A stretch of DNA of 64,000 bases from Candidatus Uhrbacteria bacterium (GTDB lineage Bacteria > Patescibacteriota > Patescibacteriia > UBA9934), in contig CAWGHH010000002.1 of assembly GCA_963822405.1 (NCBI GenBank), positions 23,569 to 87,568 on the forward strand. Direction: 5' to 3'. The position numbers and the translations under genes were made by a program. The notes under the pieces were generated by a model that did not search any database, had not been told where the DNA came from, and was given only the letters and a program-made list of their open reading frames with translations. Positions within the stretch are counted from its first letter, which is position 1. The number at the start of each line of letters is the position of its first letter. Below, one piece after another: positions 43,757 to 53,605 of this stretch.

Positions 43757-45376
43757 ATGCAACATTCTTATCTGTTTATCGTTGGTGGCGTCATGAGTGG
43801 CGTTGGTAAGGGGACATCGAGCGCGGCATTGGCGCTCACGCTCAAGGCAAAAGGCTACAAAGCGACCATGATGAAGATTGATCCGTACGTGAACGTTGAC
43901 GCTGGCACAATGAACCCGCTTGAACACGGTGAAGTGTTCGTGACTACGGATGGCGATGAGACTGACCAGGATATTGGAACCTATGAACGCTTTTTGAACG
44001 AGGATATTACTCGACTAAATTACATGACGACTGGGCGCGTTTATCAGACGGTCATTGCTCGCGAGCGAAATCTTGAGTACGGGGGAAAATGCGTAGAAGT
44101 CGTCCCGCACGTACCGGAAGAAATCATTCGTCGAATCAAGACTGCCGCCGAGCACGCCGAAGCTGACATTACGATTATTGAAGTTGGCGGAACAGTGGGG
44201 GAGTACCAGAACATTTTGTTCTTGGAAGCCGCTCGCATGTTGCAGGGGGAGCTTGGTCGAGACCGAGTTCAGTTTGTGCTTGTTAGTTATTTGCCGGTGC
44301 CGAAGTCTATTGGCGAGATGAAAACTAAGCCGACGCAATACGCGGTGCGTGAGCTAAATGGTGTAGGCATTTTGCCGAATTACATCGTCGGTCGTTCTGA
44401 GTATCCGATCGATAAGCCACGAAAAGAAAAGATTGCTATGTTCTGCGCGGTTTCGGCAGAGAACATTATTTCGGCCCCAGATGTTTCGAGTATCTACGAC
44501 ATTCCAGATATGTTCGAGGGTCAGGAATTTGCCAGCAAAGTGCTAAAGGGTTTTGGCCTTGTTCAAAAGCAAAACGACCTTGAAGCTTGGAATGATTTTA
44601 CGGCCAAGATTCGTTCGGCGCAGAAGGAGGTCCGAGTCGGAGTGGTCGGCAAATACTTTTCAACGGGAGATTTTGTGCTATCCGACGTGTATCTTTCGGT
44701 GCTTGAATCGATTAAGCACGCTGGCGCTGCACTTGGGGTGAAGCCGGTTATTGAGTGGTTGAATGCCGAGTTATATGAAACTAATCCTGAGAAGCTAGTT
44801 GATCTTAAAGACTTGCATGCAATTGTTATTCCCGGCGGGTTTGGTTCGCGTGGTATCGAGGGAAAAATTAAGGTTATCGAGTACGTCCGCGTGAATAACA
44901 TTCCGTACCTCGGTTTGTGTTACGGTATGCAATTGGCGGTTGTCGAGTATGCCAGAAACGTCCTTGGCTGGACTGACGCGAATACTACGGAGATCGATAA
45001 ACTGACGGCTCATCCAGTGATTGATTTCATGGCGGGACAGAATGAAAACGTCGAGAAGGGTAATTACGGTGGTACGCTCCGTCTTGGTTCGTACGATTGC
45101 GTTCTCGCGCCGGGTACGAAGTCTGCGGTAGCGTACGGGCGTCCAACAATTTCAGAACGTCACCGTCATCGCTATGAGTTCAACAATACCTTTCGCGCCG
45201 AACTTGAGGCGGCTGGCTTAATCATTGCCGGTACTTCGCCCGACGGATCACTTGTAGAAATGATCGAGCACAAGAATCACCCTTTCTTTGTTGGCGTGCA
45301 GTTCCATCCTGAATTCCAAAGTCGGCCATTAGCCCCACATCCGCTCTTCGTTGCGCTCCTGAGCGGGCGGGAATAA
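43757..45376 (+). CDS. pyrG: CTP synthase
   Basis: N-terminal GGVMSGVGKGTSSAAL P-loop region and C-terminal glutamine amidotransferase (GLCYGMQLAVVE, HPEF); 539 aa. Confidence 0.95.
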   Translation: MQHSYLFIVGGVMSGVGKGTSSAALALTLKAKGYKATMMKIDPYVNVDAGTMNPLEHGEVFVTTDGDETDQDIGTYERFLNEDITRLNYMTTGRVYQTVIARERNLEYGGKCVEVVPHVPEEIIRRIKTAAEHAEADITIIEVGGTVGEYQNILFLEAARMLQGELGRDRVQFVLVSYLPVPKSIGEMKTKPTQYAVRELNGVGILPNYIVGRSEYPIDKPRKEKIAMFCAVSAENIISAPDVSSIYDIPDMFEGQEFASKVLKGFGLVQKQNDLEAWNDFTAKIRSAQKEVRVGVVGKYFSTGDFVLSDVYLSVLESIKHAGAALGVKPVIEWLNAELYETNPEKLVDLKDLHAIVIPGGFGSRGIEGKIKVIEYVRVNNIPYLGLCYGMQLAVVEYARNVLGWTDANTTEIDKLTAHPVIDFMAGQNENVEKGNYGGTLRLGSYDCVLAPGTKSAVAYGRPTISERHRHRYEFNNTFRAELEAAGLIIAGTSPDGSLVEMIEHKNHPFFVGVQFHPEFQSRPLAPHPLFVALLSGRE

Positions 45377-45446
45377 TATTATTGCTCTTCGGCTGTCGTC
45401 GGATTACCGACTAAGCAGCCTCATCGCAACAATATTATTCCCGCCC
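45365..45446. repeat. 21-bp inverted repeats (GGGCGGGAATAATATTATTGC / GCAACAATATTATTCCCGCCC) flanking a 40-bp hairpin-containing spacer
   Basis: Arms at 45365-45385 and 45426-45446, 20/21 complementary. The first arm overlaps the pyrG stop codon; an inner TCGG-ATTA-CCGA hairpin lies between the arms. Confidence 0.7.
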
Positions 45447-45450
45447 TTAA

Positions 45451-45485
45451 GAAGACCGCCCTATGCGGTCTTTGTGCTTTTTTGA
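45451..45485. terminator. rho-independent terminator between convergent pyrG and the membrane-protein gene
   Basis: AGACCGC-CCTAT-GCGGTCT stem followed by TTGTGCTTTTTTG. Confidence 0.6.
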
Positions 45486-46942
45486 GCAATGAGAACTCGA
45501 CCGATCCCGAGCGTGAGCCAGAAGAAGATGCAGAAGAAGTTTGTTTCAAGATAGGGCTGGAAGAGGAAGACAAAACCCTGGAAGAGAAGTAGGCCAAGAA
45601 TGATGAAGTCTAGCTGACCAAGTGAGGTGTGTTTTCTGGCCTCGACAAAAAGTTTATAGACAATTGTGAAGATGTACCCCAGGAGTAGCCCGGCACCAAC
45701 TATGCCAGTTTGGATAAGGAGAGCGAGCCAGGAGTTATGCATGTTGCGAATTTCCACCACGGCGTGATAGTCGCCCATTTGGATAGGGACACTCGCGCCA
45801 AAGCCAACGCCAATAATAGGGGAGACGGCAAACTTTTTCAGGGCTTCTTTCCAGACCACAATTCGCCAAGCAAAGCTGGAGTCTTCAGCGTTACCAAGCG
45901 AAGTGACTCGTTCGCCGACATGTACAAAATTGCTGTTGACTCCGCCGGTGTGGGGGAGCGAGAGAAATGCGGTTAGGACAATGCCGACGAGCACGGCTGG
46001 TACTGCGGCTTTGAGTACGAAAGCAGCTAACGCTTTACCGTAATAGATCGGGGCACTCGCTAGAGCTACGCTAAACGCAAGCAGCAAGCCAAGCCACAGA
46101 TGTCGCATGAGCGAGCTTATGATGCCCGCGGTTAAGAATGTCACCCAGGCGCCACAGGCCAGTTGGACGTTTGTCGAGGCTTTTTTGAACCAGATCGGGA
46201 GTGACAACAGAGTTATTAAAAGCGCGAGAGAGAAGTAAAAAGTATGCGGGAAGGCTAAAAGTCTAACGCCTTCTGTTGAGAGCGGGGTGTACTCGGTCCA
46301 CAAGCCTTGACCACGGATCAAGGCGAGAATGAAGAATGCGCCAGCCGTAGCTACACCAGACAAAAATAGTTTTCCAAAGCCAATTACGTCATCTGTACTA
46401 CGCAGAAGACCAAGAACAGCAAAGGTAAGTGACCCGTAAAATACGTAATTTTTAACTGCGCTAAAGGCGACGGCGGCGTCTGTATGTCCTGGGGCTAGAA
46501 TGGAGCCGGCGAAGAGAACGATTACCCACAGAAAAAATAGACCAAGCAGCGCGTCCTCTTTTTTCCAGGCGAAAAGTTTTTTGCCCTGTTGTAGATACTT
46601 CACGCCAAGAGCCAAAAATATAGCGACGACAATGAAGTCTATTGGGTAGAGTTTGATTAGATGTGTGCCCCAGGTGATTGGTTCAAGAGTGAAGAAGCGT
46701 TCAAAGAGTACCGTGGTGATGACGGCCGCGGTTAGGCCCGCGCGGGGTGCGAAATACGTAGCTACAGCACATAGCGGAACAGTTAGGATAAGACTAATGA
46801 GCGAGAAGCCGGCTACAGCTGTGAGCGCGGCATTTACTCCAAGAAGGCTAAGTATGAATATTAGTGCAGTGCTTTCAAAGCGGGGATGTTTAAAAAAACT
46901 CTCCATAAACTGATTGGTTATTTCCCTACAATGGTAACACAA
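45461..46942 (-). CDS. O-antigen ligase/polymerase-like polytopic membrane protein (Wzy/WaaL family)
   Basis: 493 aa, 10-12 TM segments with a larger periplasmic loop; the family call is from architecture only. Confidence 0.5.
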   Translation of the reverse strand: MCYHCREITNQFMESFFKHPRFESTALIFILSLLGVNAALTAVAGFSLISLILTVPLCAVATYFAPRAGLTAAVITTVLFERFFTLEPITWGTHLIKLYPIDFIVVAIFLALGVKYLQQGKKLFAWKKEDALLGLFFLWVIVLFAGSILAPGHTDAAVAFSAVKNYVFYGSLTFAVLGLLRSTDDVIGFGKLFLSGVATAGAFFILALIRGQGLWTEYTPLSTEGVRLLAFPHTFYFSLALLITLLSLPIWFKKASTNVQLACGAWVTFLTAGIISSLMRHLWLGLLLAFSVALASAPIYYGKALAAFVLKAAVPAVLVGIVLTAFLSLPHTGGVNSNFVHVGERVTSLGNAEDSSFAWRIVVWKEALKKFAVSPIIGVGFGASVPIQMGDYHAVVEIRNMHNSWLALLIQTGIVGAGLLLGYIFTIVYKLFVEARKHTSLGQLDFIILGLLLFQGFVFLFQPYLETNFFCIFFWLTLGIGRVLIAQKSTKTA

Positions 46943-46972
46943 AAACGAGCCGTTTAAGGCTCGTTTTGCTTT
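46943..46972. terminator. rho-independent terminator downstream of rpmA (minus strand)
   Basis: ACGAGCC-GTTTAA-GGCTCGT hairpin flanked by T/A runs on both strands. Confidence 0.55.
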
Positions 46973-46977
46973 ATCGT

Positions 46978-47250
46978 TTAGACGATGGACACGTAAGTGC
47001 GGAGTTTAAGCGCGCCGACGAAGTTCTCAGACTTCTTCTTCATGAACTTTACAACTCCGTCCTTCATGGCGTAGATAGTGAAGTCTGTTCCAACTTTCAC
47101 GTTCTTTCCAGGATGAACTTTAGTGCCGCGCTGGCGGATGATGATTTCACCAGTTTTCACTTTGGTGCCATCAGAGCGCTTGACGCCCAAGCGTTTAGCT
47201 TGCGAATCTCGGCCGTTTCTTGTAGAACCTTGGGCAAGTTTATGTGCCAT
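46978..47250 (-). CDS. rpmA: 50S ribosomal protein L27
   Basis: [25 protein letters not shown]...[13 protein letters not shown] closely matches L27. The start is set at the MAHK codon (47250) rather than the upstream ORF Met. Confidence 0.92.
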   Translation of the reverse strand: MAHKLAQGSTRNGRDSQAKRLGVKRSDGTKVKTGEIIIRQRGTKVHPGKNVKVGTDFTIYAMKDGVVKFMKKKSENFVGALKLRTYVSIV

Positions 47251-47329
47251 ATATAGTAAATACGAATGGCAGAAGAGTACGTGAATGTGTAACATTAGTC
47301 AAGGATTAGAGGTGTATAATGAAAATGTT

Positions 47330-47557
47330 ATGCGGGAAGAGGTAGAAAAAGCATTAAGAAGGGTGTCAGAAGCCTTGAAAATCCACGCCGGAGGCATTGA
47401 GCTGGTAGACTGTGACGAGGTGCTTGGGGTGGTGAAAGTGCGTTTTACGGGCATGTGCGCTTCCTGTATGCTTCAGGCCGTCACGCTTAAGGACGGAGTG
47501 GCCGTTATGCTTTACGAATCAGTCCCTCAGATTAAAGAAGTTATTCAGGTTCCCTAG
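47330..47557 (+). CDS. NifU-like (Nfu-type) Fe-S cluster scaffold domain protein
   Basis: IHAGGIELVDCDEVLGVVKVRFTGMCASCMLQAVTLKDGVAVML matches the NifU C-terminal domain CxxC pattern. Confidence 0.7.
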   Translation: MREEVEKALRRVSEALKIHAGGIELVDCDEVLGVVKVRFTGMCASCMLQAVTLKDGVAVMLYESVPQIKEVIQVP

Positions 47558-47602
47558 CACATGCGCTCATTATTTTATCTGCATGAAGGGGGAGGCGAAC
47601 GG

Positions 47603-47953
47603 ATGCGAAGCGTCGGTTTTTTTCGTTTCGTGCCGATTGTTTCTGGATTGCTCATTGTGTCGGAAATCGCCCTCATCTCTTGGCGCATTGTGCCCATGAT
47701 CTACGGACAGACCGCTGTTCCTCTGCATTATAATGTTCACATTGGTGTGGATACGGTTGGGGACTGGTGGAGAATTTACACTGTTCCGGTAGTTGCTCTC
47801 TTGGTACTTTTAGTGAACTTTGGGCTGGCTAGGTTTTTCTTCAGGCGAGAACGCGCTCTTTCTTACATGGCTTTTGGTGCTACTTTGCTACTTGAAGGTG
47901 TTTTGTTTATAGCTACCATCTTTATCATCCTCTTGAATATCTCGTATGGTTGA
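47603..47953 (+). CDS. hypothetical small membrane protein
   Basis: Three hydrophobic segments; no homology recognised. Overlaps the mraY start by 8 nt, suggesting translational coupling. Confidence 0.4.
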   Translation: MRSVGFFRFVPIVSGLLIVSEIALISWRIVPMIYGQTAVPLHYNVHIGVDTVGDWWRIYTVPVVALLVLLVNFGLARFFFRRERALSYMAFGATLLLEGVLFIATIFIILLNISYG

Positions 47954-49001
47954 TCCCTTTGCGCTCGGTAAAATTCTCCTACTCTCTACACTCGCTTTTC
48001 TAGTTGCGATTGCTTGGACTCCGGCTCTCACGCACTTTTTGTATAAATATAAGTTAGGCAAAAGTATTCGGAGCGCAGTTAAGGCGCCAATGTTCGCCGA
48101 GCTTCACAAGAAGAAGGCCGGCGTCCCAACCATGGGTGGCATTCTCATGTGGGGAACGGCTCTATTCATTGCCGTATTTTTTGCTATTTTGGCTTGGCTA
48201 TTTCCGACTAGTGGTATTGCGTCATTGAACTTTTTGACTCGTTCGCAGACTTGGTTGCCTCTGGCTGTGCTTGTGGCTGCAGGGCTAGTTGGTATCGTCG
48301 ACGATCTCTTTAATATTCTGAAGATCGGTCCAGATGGTGGCGGCATCCGTTTTCGTGAGCGCATAGTCCTTTACGCGATCATTGCCGGGATTGGTGCTTG
48401 GTGGTTCTTCTTCAAGCTTGGTTTTGATTCTCTTCATATCCCGTTTTTTGGAGACGTGGCAATGGGGGTTTGGTACATTCCGCTTTTCATCTTAGTTATC
48501 GTCGCTACATCATTCTCTGTGAACCAGACCGATGGGCTGGATGGACTGGCTGGCGGAACTCTGGCTTCGGCTTTTGCGGCCTATGCCATCATTGCGTTGC
48601 TTGAGGGTAAGGTCGAGCTGGCCGCTCTATGCGCTGTAATCGTTGGAGCTACGCTGGCGTTTCTCTGGTTCAACATTTACCCAGCGCGCTTCATCATGGG
48701 GGACACCGGCGCTATGAGTCTTGGGGTCACGCTTGGGGTGGTGGCTATGTTGACTAATACGGTGGCTCTTCTGCCTATTATTGGCATTGTTTTTGTGGGC
48801 GAGTCACTGACAACAATCATTCAAATTACTTCGAAAAAACTTTTTTACAAGAAAGTGTTTCTTATTGCGCCTATTCACCATCACTTTGAAGCTAAGGGTT
48901 GGCCAGAACCAAAAGTGGTTATGCGTTTTTGGGTGATCTCTTGGATTGGGGCTGGTATCGGTTTAATCCTGGCTCTTCTTGATCCGAGCTTCTTTTCTTA
49001 A
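47946..49001 (+). CDS. mraY: phospho-N-acetylmuramoyl-pentapeptide transferase
   Basis: NQTDGLDGLAGG and HHHFE motifs; 10 TM segments; 351 aa. Confidence 0.92.
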   Translation: MVDPFALGKILLLSTLAFLVAIAWTPALTHFLYKYKLGKSIRSAVKAPMFAELHKKKAGVPTMGGILMWGTALFIAVFFAILAWLFPTSGIASLNFLTRSQTWLPLAVLVAAGLVGIVDDLFNILKIGPDGGGIRFRERIVLYAIIAGIGAWWFFFKLGFDSLHIPFFGDVAMGVWYIPLFILVIVATSFSVNQTDGLDGLAGGTLASAFAAYAIIALLEGKVELAALCAVIVGATLAFLWFNIYPARFIMGDTGAMSLGVTLGVVAMLTNTVALLPIIGIVFVGESLTTIIQITSKKLFYKKVFLIAPIHHHFEAKGWPEPKVVMRFWVISWIGAGIGLILALLDPSFFS

Positions 49002-49022
49002 GTATGTCGGAACCGAACGCTG

Positions 49023-50096
49023 TTGGTCCTGCTCTCCGGTATAGTCCTTTTTGGACTAGCTATGTTGGCGTCAGCTTCCTGGCCACTTGGTTTTGATAAA
49101 TTTCATGACGGATATTATTTTGTAAAACATCAAGTTATTTTTGGTCTTATTCCTGGGGTGATCGGCGCAATTGTTGCCTCAAGGATTCCATATTCATTTT
49201 ACCGAGAATACGCTTGGGCCATGTTACTTATCTCTATCGGGCTTCTCGTTCTAGTCTTTGTCCCAGGTTTGAGTGCAGACTTCGGCTCTTCGAAGAGTTG
49301 GATCACGCTCGGCAGTTTTTCTGTTCAGCCGTCAGAAATTGTTAAGCTGACTTTTCTTATTTACTTGGCCGCGTGGATGGAAAAGCGTTCAAAGGATGAT
49401 CTGCATAGCGTTAATACCGGCTTGATTCCATTCATGACAATTCTTGGGGTAATTATGGGACTGTTGATTTTAGAGCCCGACACTGGCTCAATGGCGATAA
49501 TCGTCGCTATGTCATTGGCGGTATATTTTGTGGCTGGTGCGCCACTTCGTTACTTCTTTTTGTTTGGCGGGCTGGGAGCTGGAATTTTCTGGTTACTCAT
49601 AAAAATTTCGCCTTATCGAGCCGCTCGGTTTACTACTTTTCTTCATCCAGAACTTGATCCTCAGGGTATCGGTTACCACATTAACCAGGCTCTCCTCGCA
49701 ATTGGTTCTGGTGGTATTTTTGGTCGAGGGTATGGCCACTCCGTACAAAAGTTTCAGTATCTACCGGAGGTTGAAGGGGACAGTATATTTGCGGTGGCTG
49801 GCGAGGAACTTGGTTTTATTCTTACGGCCGCCTTCCTTCTAATGTATGTATCCTTTCTTTGGCGAGGTCTGACAATTGCTGACCGAGCACCAGACGCCTT
49901 TGGCCGATATTTAGCCGTTGGTATTATTTCTTGGTTCGGCATCCAGGCCTTTGTTAACATCGGCGCCATGGTTGGCGTTCTACCAATTACTGGTGTTCCT
50001 TTGCCATTTGTCAGCTACGGCGGAACTTCTCTGGCCGTCTGTCTAACAGCAGCGGGTATACTATTGAATATATCGAAGGAGATGAAAGAAACCTAA
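49023..50096 (+). CDS. ftsW: SEDS-family peptidoglycan glycosyltransferase FtsW/RodA
   Basis: GSGGIFGRGYGHSVQKFQYLPEVEGDSIFAVAGEELGF matches the SEDS signature; 357 aa; polytopic. Confidence 0.88.
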   Translation: MVLLSGIVLFGLAMLASASWPLGFDKFHDGYYFVKHQVIFGLIPGVIGAIVASRIPYSFYREYAWAMLLISIGLLVLVFVPGLSADFGSSKSWITLGSFSVQPSEIVKLTFLIYLAAWMEKRSKDDLHSVNTGLIPFMTILGVIMGLLILEPDTGSMAIIVAMSLAVYFVAGAPLRYFFLFGGLGAGIFWLLIKISPYRAARFTTFLHPELDPQGIGYHINQALLAIGSGGIFGRGYGHSVQKFQYLPEVEGDSIFAVAGEELGFILTAAFLLMYVSFLWRGLTIADRAPDAFGRYLAVGIISWFGIQAFVNIGAMVGVLPITGVPLPFVSYGGTSLAVCLTAAGILLNISKEMKET

Positions 50097-50150
50097 ATAC
50101 CGGCATGAGGAGATAGAGGGCTCCTCTCTCCTCTAGTCGACGGTGGCATT

Positions 50151-51230
50151 ATGAAAACAGTTTTATTCACAGGCGGTGGCACTCTTGGTCCGGTTACGCC
50201 TCTTTTATCAGCGGCGCGTCTTTTGCGTGAAATAAATCCGGACGTGAAAATTGTTTGGATCGGTACACCGGACGGGCCGGAACGTGAGCTTGTTGAACGG
50301 GACAGCTATGAGTTTCGCTCGCTCAAGGCACCGAAGCTAGATCGAACTCGACCGTGGACTTTGCCGTTAGTTCTTCCGCAATTTATTATCAGTTGTTTTC
50401 AGGCGTACGCTATGTTGCAGGACATTGATCCGTTTACGGTTGTTAGCGCGGGTGCGTACGTGAGCGTGCCGGTGGCCTTCATGGCGAAGACGCTTGGTAT
50501 CCCGGTAGTTATTGAACAGCTCGATGTTGTTCCTGGGATTGCGAATAAATTAATGGCGCGGGTAGCGAAAAAGATTTTTGTTACTTGGCCAGAAAATCTT
50601 TCAGCGTTTCCAAAAGGGAAGACAGAAGTGGCCGGTGGTTCTGTTCGCAAATCTATGTTGCGCGGCGAAGCACACTTGGCGCGCGAACGGTTCGGTCTTA
50701 GACGAACATTGCCGACCATACTCGTGATCGGCGGGGGTACAGGTGCGGCGAGCATGAACGAAATATTTTTGACGATCGGTCCTGAGCTTGTAAAATTCGC
50801 CAATGTGATCCATCTAACCGGCAAGGGCAAGATGTTGCCGGGGCTTGAGCAGATCGGTGACGGATACAAGGCCGTTGAATTTTTGGGCGAGTCACTTGCG
50901 GATGCCTACGCCCTTGCTGACGTCGTCGTTGCTCGCGCTGGGATGGGAACCATCATGGAGGTGGCCGCGCTTAAGAAGCCAACGATTCTCATTCCTATTC
51001 CGGGTACGCACCAAGAAGCAAATGCTAAAGCTGTGGAATCTCGTGGCGCGGCACTTTCGCTATTCGGCGACGCAACTCCGCAAAATCTTTTGCAGGCTAT
51101 TAAGAAACTTATTCAAGACGATCTTAAGCGAGCCGAACTTTCTGAGGCAGTAGGGAAGCTCTTCCTATTTAATCTCGACGAAATGTTGGTATCAGCGGTA
51201 GAGTATCCTCATGACCTGGGAAATGCCTGA
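50151..51230 (+). CDS. murG: undecaprenyldiphospho-muramoylpentapeptide beta-N-acetylglucosaminyltransferase
   Basis: MKTVLFTGGGTLGPVTPLL N-terminal G-loop and C-terminal GGGTGAASMNE motif (GT28); 359 aa. Confidence 0.9.
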   Translation: MKTVLFTGGGTLGPVTPLLSAARLLREINPDVKIVWIGTPDGPERELVERDSYEFRSLKAPKLDRTRPWTLPLVLPQFIISCFQAYAMLQDIDPFTVVSAGAYVSVPVAFMAKTLGIPVVIEQLDVVPGIANKLMARVAKKIFVTWPENLSAFPKGKTEVAGGSVRKSMLRGEAHLARERFGLRRTLPTILVIGGGTGAASMNEIFLTIGPELVKFANVIHLTGKGKMLPGLEQIGDGYKAVEFLGESLADAYALADVVVARAGMGTIMEVAALKKPTILIPIPGTHQEANAKAVESRGAALSLFGDATPQNLLQAIKKLIQDDLKRAELSEAVGKLFLFNLDEMLVSAVEYPHDLGNA

Positions 51231-51969
51231 TAGAAACTGGGTTAAGTTACTCGCGCCATCTGTCTTTTTTGGTCTTATTGCCGTTGTGCTTCTTTTGAAA
51301 TTTATTACGAGCGACGGAATACCAACGGTAGCCTCCTATCAATCATCCTGTGCAGAGCAAAATGGCGAATGGCTATTTAATAGCGCCAAGCCTACCTGCG
51401 TTTTCCCGGGCGGTCGCCTCGTCGTCTTCGACGATCGTCAGGACGGTTCGCTCCTTCCCCCTTCCAGGGGGATAGAGGGGGTCGTAAGCGCGTCAGCGCC
51501 CTCCGGCAGGGTGGCCACCTCCGACGACGCTTCTGTGCCGTCGACCGACCCCGCTCCCGAATGTGGCTACGGCCAGGTTGGTTCATTCGCCGATTATCCC
51601 GCAACGGACACATATCGAGGTCGCCCCCACAAGCCCGACTTCTCGACTTTTCCCGACGCCGCAAAGTATCGAACTGCAATTATGAAAGACGTCACACGTG
51701 GGGTGAACTTCGCTGGAGTGTATGTGATTTCTACTTGGGGTCGAGCACAGACTTTTAACGAAACAAAAACTATCGGATTCGCGATCGTTGATGCCCGAGA
51801 CGGTCGAATTATTGATTACAGTGAGCGATCCGATTATGTAAGTTGGTCGGGCGCAGTTTTGTCAGTTGATTATCAAAAAGACAGCCGGTTCTTTCGAGTG
51901 CATTCGTCTACTGGCCCCTTCGCTGAAATCATTTCGAACGGCAACGAGGTTCAATGCGGTCGCTATTAA
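51211..51969 (+). CDS. hypothetical membrane-anchored protein with an in-frame family-B repeat
   Basis: N-terminal TM segment (VFFGLIAVVLLLKFI); the LLPPSRGIEGVV segment is encoded by repeat B3; no domain recognised. Confidence 0.5.
   Translation: MTWEMPDRNWVKLLAPSVFFGLIAVVLLLKFITSDGIPTVASYQSSCAEQNGEWLFNSAKPTCVFPGGRLVVFDDRQDGSLLPPSRGIEGVVSASAPSGRVATSDDASVPSTDPAPECGYGQVGSFADYPATDTYRGRPHKPDFSTFPDAAKYRTAIMKDVTRGVNFAGVYVISTWGRAQTFNETKTIGFAIVDARDGRIIDYSERSDYVSWSGAVLSVDYQKDSRFFRVHSSTGPFAEIISNGNEVQCGRY
51457..51483. repeat. palindromic repeat family B, copy B3 (CCCCCTTCCAGGGGGATAGAGGGGGTC), inside a CDS
   Basis: 27-mer nearly identical to copy B1 at 8756. Confidence 0.8.
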
Positions 51970-52020
51970 TAAGAAAACCCCGACCGGAGAGCGGTCGAGG
52001 TCTTGAGCGAGTGTGACTCG

Positions 52021-52560
52021 CTAGTCTGCTGATGGACGTGGGAACGTGCGGTCTTGTTTGTTTTTCCGCACAAGCCAGCTTGTTCCTGTCTTGTCGAACA
52101 CATGGATCAGAATAAGGAGCCATTCCATGAGAAACCGTTTCAACCCTACGTGATAACGGAGCGGAATGATCTCAACCGCCACACCATGCGCTCGGTGGAA
52201 CGTGATCCAGAACCGCAGGGCATGTTGCCATTGGGAGATCACGGTGATGGTCCCGGTTCGCTTGCCCCAAAGTGCATCCATCACTCCGGAGATATTCTCG
52301 TAAGTATCTCGAGAACGGGTCTCGGCAATGATCAGATGTTCCTTTACTCCGCATCGTACCAGCCACTCTTTCATGAGCGTGCCCGATGGGCGGGTTTGGA
52401 TCTCCGGTGGCATATACACACCGCCCGAGACAATAATCATCTCGAACTGTCCTCTTTTCCACATGGCCAGTCCCGCGTTCAGACGCCTTTCCGTCTCCGT
52501 GCCATCGAGCTGATCGACCGGCGCCACCTCACAACTCGGAATTAGCAAGTATCGCATCAT
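52021..52560 (-). CDS. DUF218 (ElyC/SanA/YdcF-family) protein
   Basis: MIIVSGGVYMPPE...SRDTYENI core; 179 aa. Coding sequence is visibly GC-richer than the flanks. Confidence 0.65.
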   Translation of the reverse strand: MMRYLLIPSCEVAPVDQLDGTETERRLNAGLAMWKRGQFEMIIVSGGVYMPPEIQTRPSGTLMKEWLVRCGVKEHLIIAETRSRDTYENISGVMDALWGKRTGTITVISQWQHALRFWITFHRAHGVAVEIIPLRYHVGLKRFLMEWLLILIHVFDKTGTSWLVRKNKQDRTFPRPSAD

Positions 52561-52674
52561 CGGTCACCTCCAAAGTAACGGGGAATAGTAATAGATAAAT
52601 GTAGATTATGCAAAAACCCCGCCAGCCAAAGCCGTTGGGGCCTTGGTCAGCGAGGCTGACGAACGAGTCACTGA

Positions 52675-53307
52675 TTACTTGATGAGACCGGATGCCACGA
52701 GCGATTCGAGGGTGTAGACCTGCTTGCGGAGCGGTACTCCCCGTGCGAAACCGCCCTTGAAGTTGTTCCATTGCCCGAGTCCCCAGAGGAATCCGAACAT
52801 GTAGAACTCACTTCGGACTCCTGGCGTGAACGAGCTCGGCGGGAGATTCTCGCGCCGGTGAACGCGACCTGTTCTCTGATCGTCAATGATGACGTTCTTG
52901 CCCGAGGCTCTGACCCCGTCTGCGAAATCGGCAATGCAGTAGCACCGTTCCGGGAGCCTGCCGGTTGCCAGCTCTATCTCCCGCTGCGGATCAATGTACT
53001 CCACGCTGACGAGCCTTTGCCCTTCGTGGGTGGACACCATGACCGCCCTTTCGTAACCAGCCTTTCCGCGCCGCTTGATGGTAACTTGTTTGCTCATGAC
53101 GTGCTCCGATCTTGGGTTTTGCCCGCTACCGTTTCCAGCCGCGAGCAGTTTTGCCTCCGTACCCAGGACATCAGGCCTTCGCAGAGAAAAGCCTGTCATG
53201 AGAAGAACAATAATCTGTGTGATCATGTTCTTGAAATGTGGTCGAAATCCTTCGCATTGAAAGGAGGATCGACCAAGGATATTGGCATAAAAGTTGGGTT
53301 TTGTCAA
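52675..53307 (-). CDS. hypothetical protein (orphan; start possibly at internal MSKQ codon at about 53097)
   Basis: ORF in the GC-richer islet; the N-terminal 70 aa may be a signal/TM segment or spurious; no motif recognised. Confidence 0.4.
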   Translation of the reverse strand: MTKPNFYANILGRSSFQCEGFRPHFKNMITQIIVLLMTGFSLRRPDVLGTEAKLLAAGNGSGQNPRSEHVMSKQVTIKRRGKAGYERAVMVSTHEGQRLVSVEYIDPQREIELATGRLPERCYCIADFADGVRASGKNVIIDDQRTGRVHRRENLPPSSFTPGVRSEFYMFGFLWGLGQWNNFKGGFARGVPLRKQVYTLESLVASGLIK

Positions 53308-53427
53308 TGTATTTATGGATATTTATAAGCTATTTAGGGTTGCAAGTTATTTATTTTTTGTGTAAGCTACTCGCCGTTAGTGCTGAAGCCGAATTTTGGG
53401 AAGTCCGTAAAATGGGCATTCCAGTAC

Positions 53428-53500
53428 GCGCTGGTAGCTCAGCTGGTAGAGCACAGGCCTTTTAAGCCTATGGTCATGGGTTCGAATCCCATCCGGCGCA
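53428..53500 (+). tRNA. tRNA-Lys (anticodon UUU)
   Basis: Cloverleaf checked by hand: acceptor GCGCTGG/CCGGCGC, D-arm GCTC-AGCTGGTA-GAGC, anticodon loop CTTTTAA, T-arm ATGGG-TTCGAAT-CCCAT. CCA is encoded at 53501-53503. Confidence 0.92.
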
Positions 53501-53506
53501 CCAGAG

Positions 53507-53535
53507 AATCCCCTTAGAACAGGGGATTTTTTGTT
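53507..53535 (+). terminator. rho-independent terminator after tRNA-Lys
   Basis: AATCCCC-TTAGAACA-GGGGATT stem followed by TTTTTTGTTT. Confidence 0.6.
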
Positions 53536-53545
53536 TACCAAATCA

Positions 53546-53595
53546 TTGACAAAAAGCATAAAAAGTGCTAAGATTACAGGTGATCTGGAGATCAC
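53546..53595 (+). promoter_or_regulatory. promoter TTGACA-N17-TAAGAT followed by operator-like palindrome GTGATC-TGGA-GATCAC
   Basis: -35 at 53546-53551 and -10 at 53569-53574; a 16-bp palindrome at 53580-53595 lies between the -10 box and the GGAGG RBS at 53597-53601. Confidence 0.4.
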
Positions 53596-53605
53596 TGGAG
53601 GTGAC

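Noticed and set aside
53531-53605. Upstream in-frame start (53531) for the orphan gene after tRNA-Lys
   Set aside because: It would translate through the terminator, promoter and operator palindrome. ATG 53606 has a GGAGG RBS at proper spacing.
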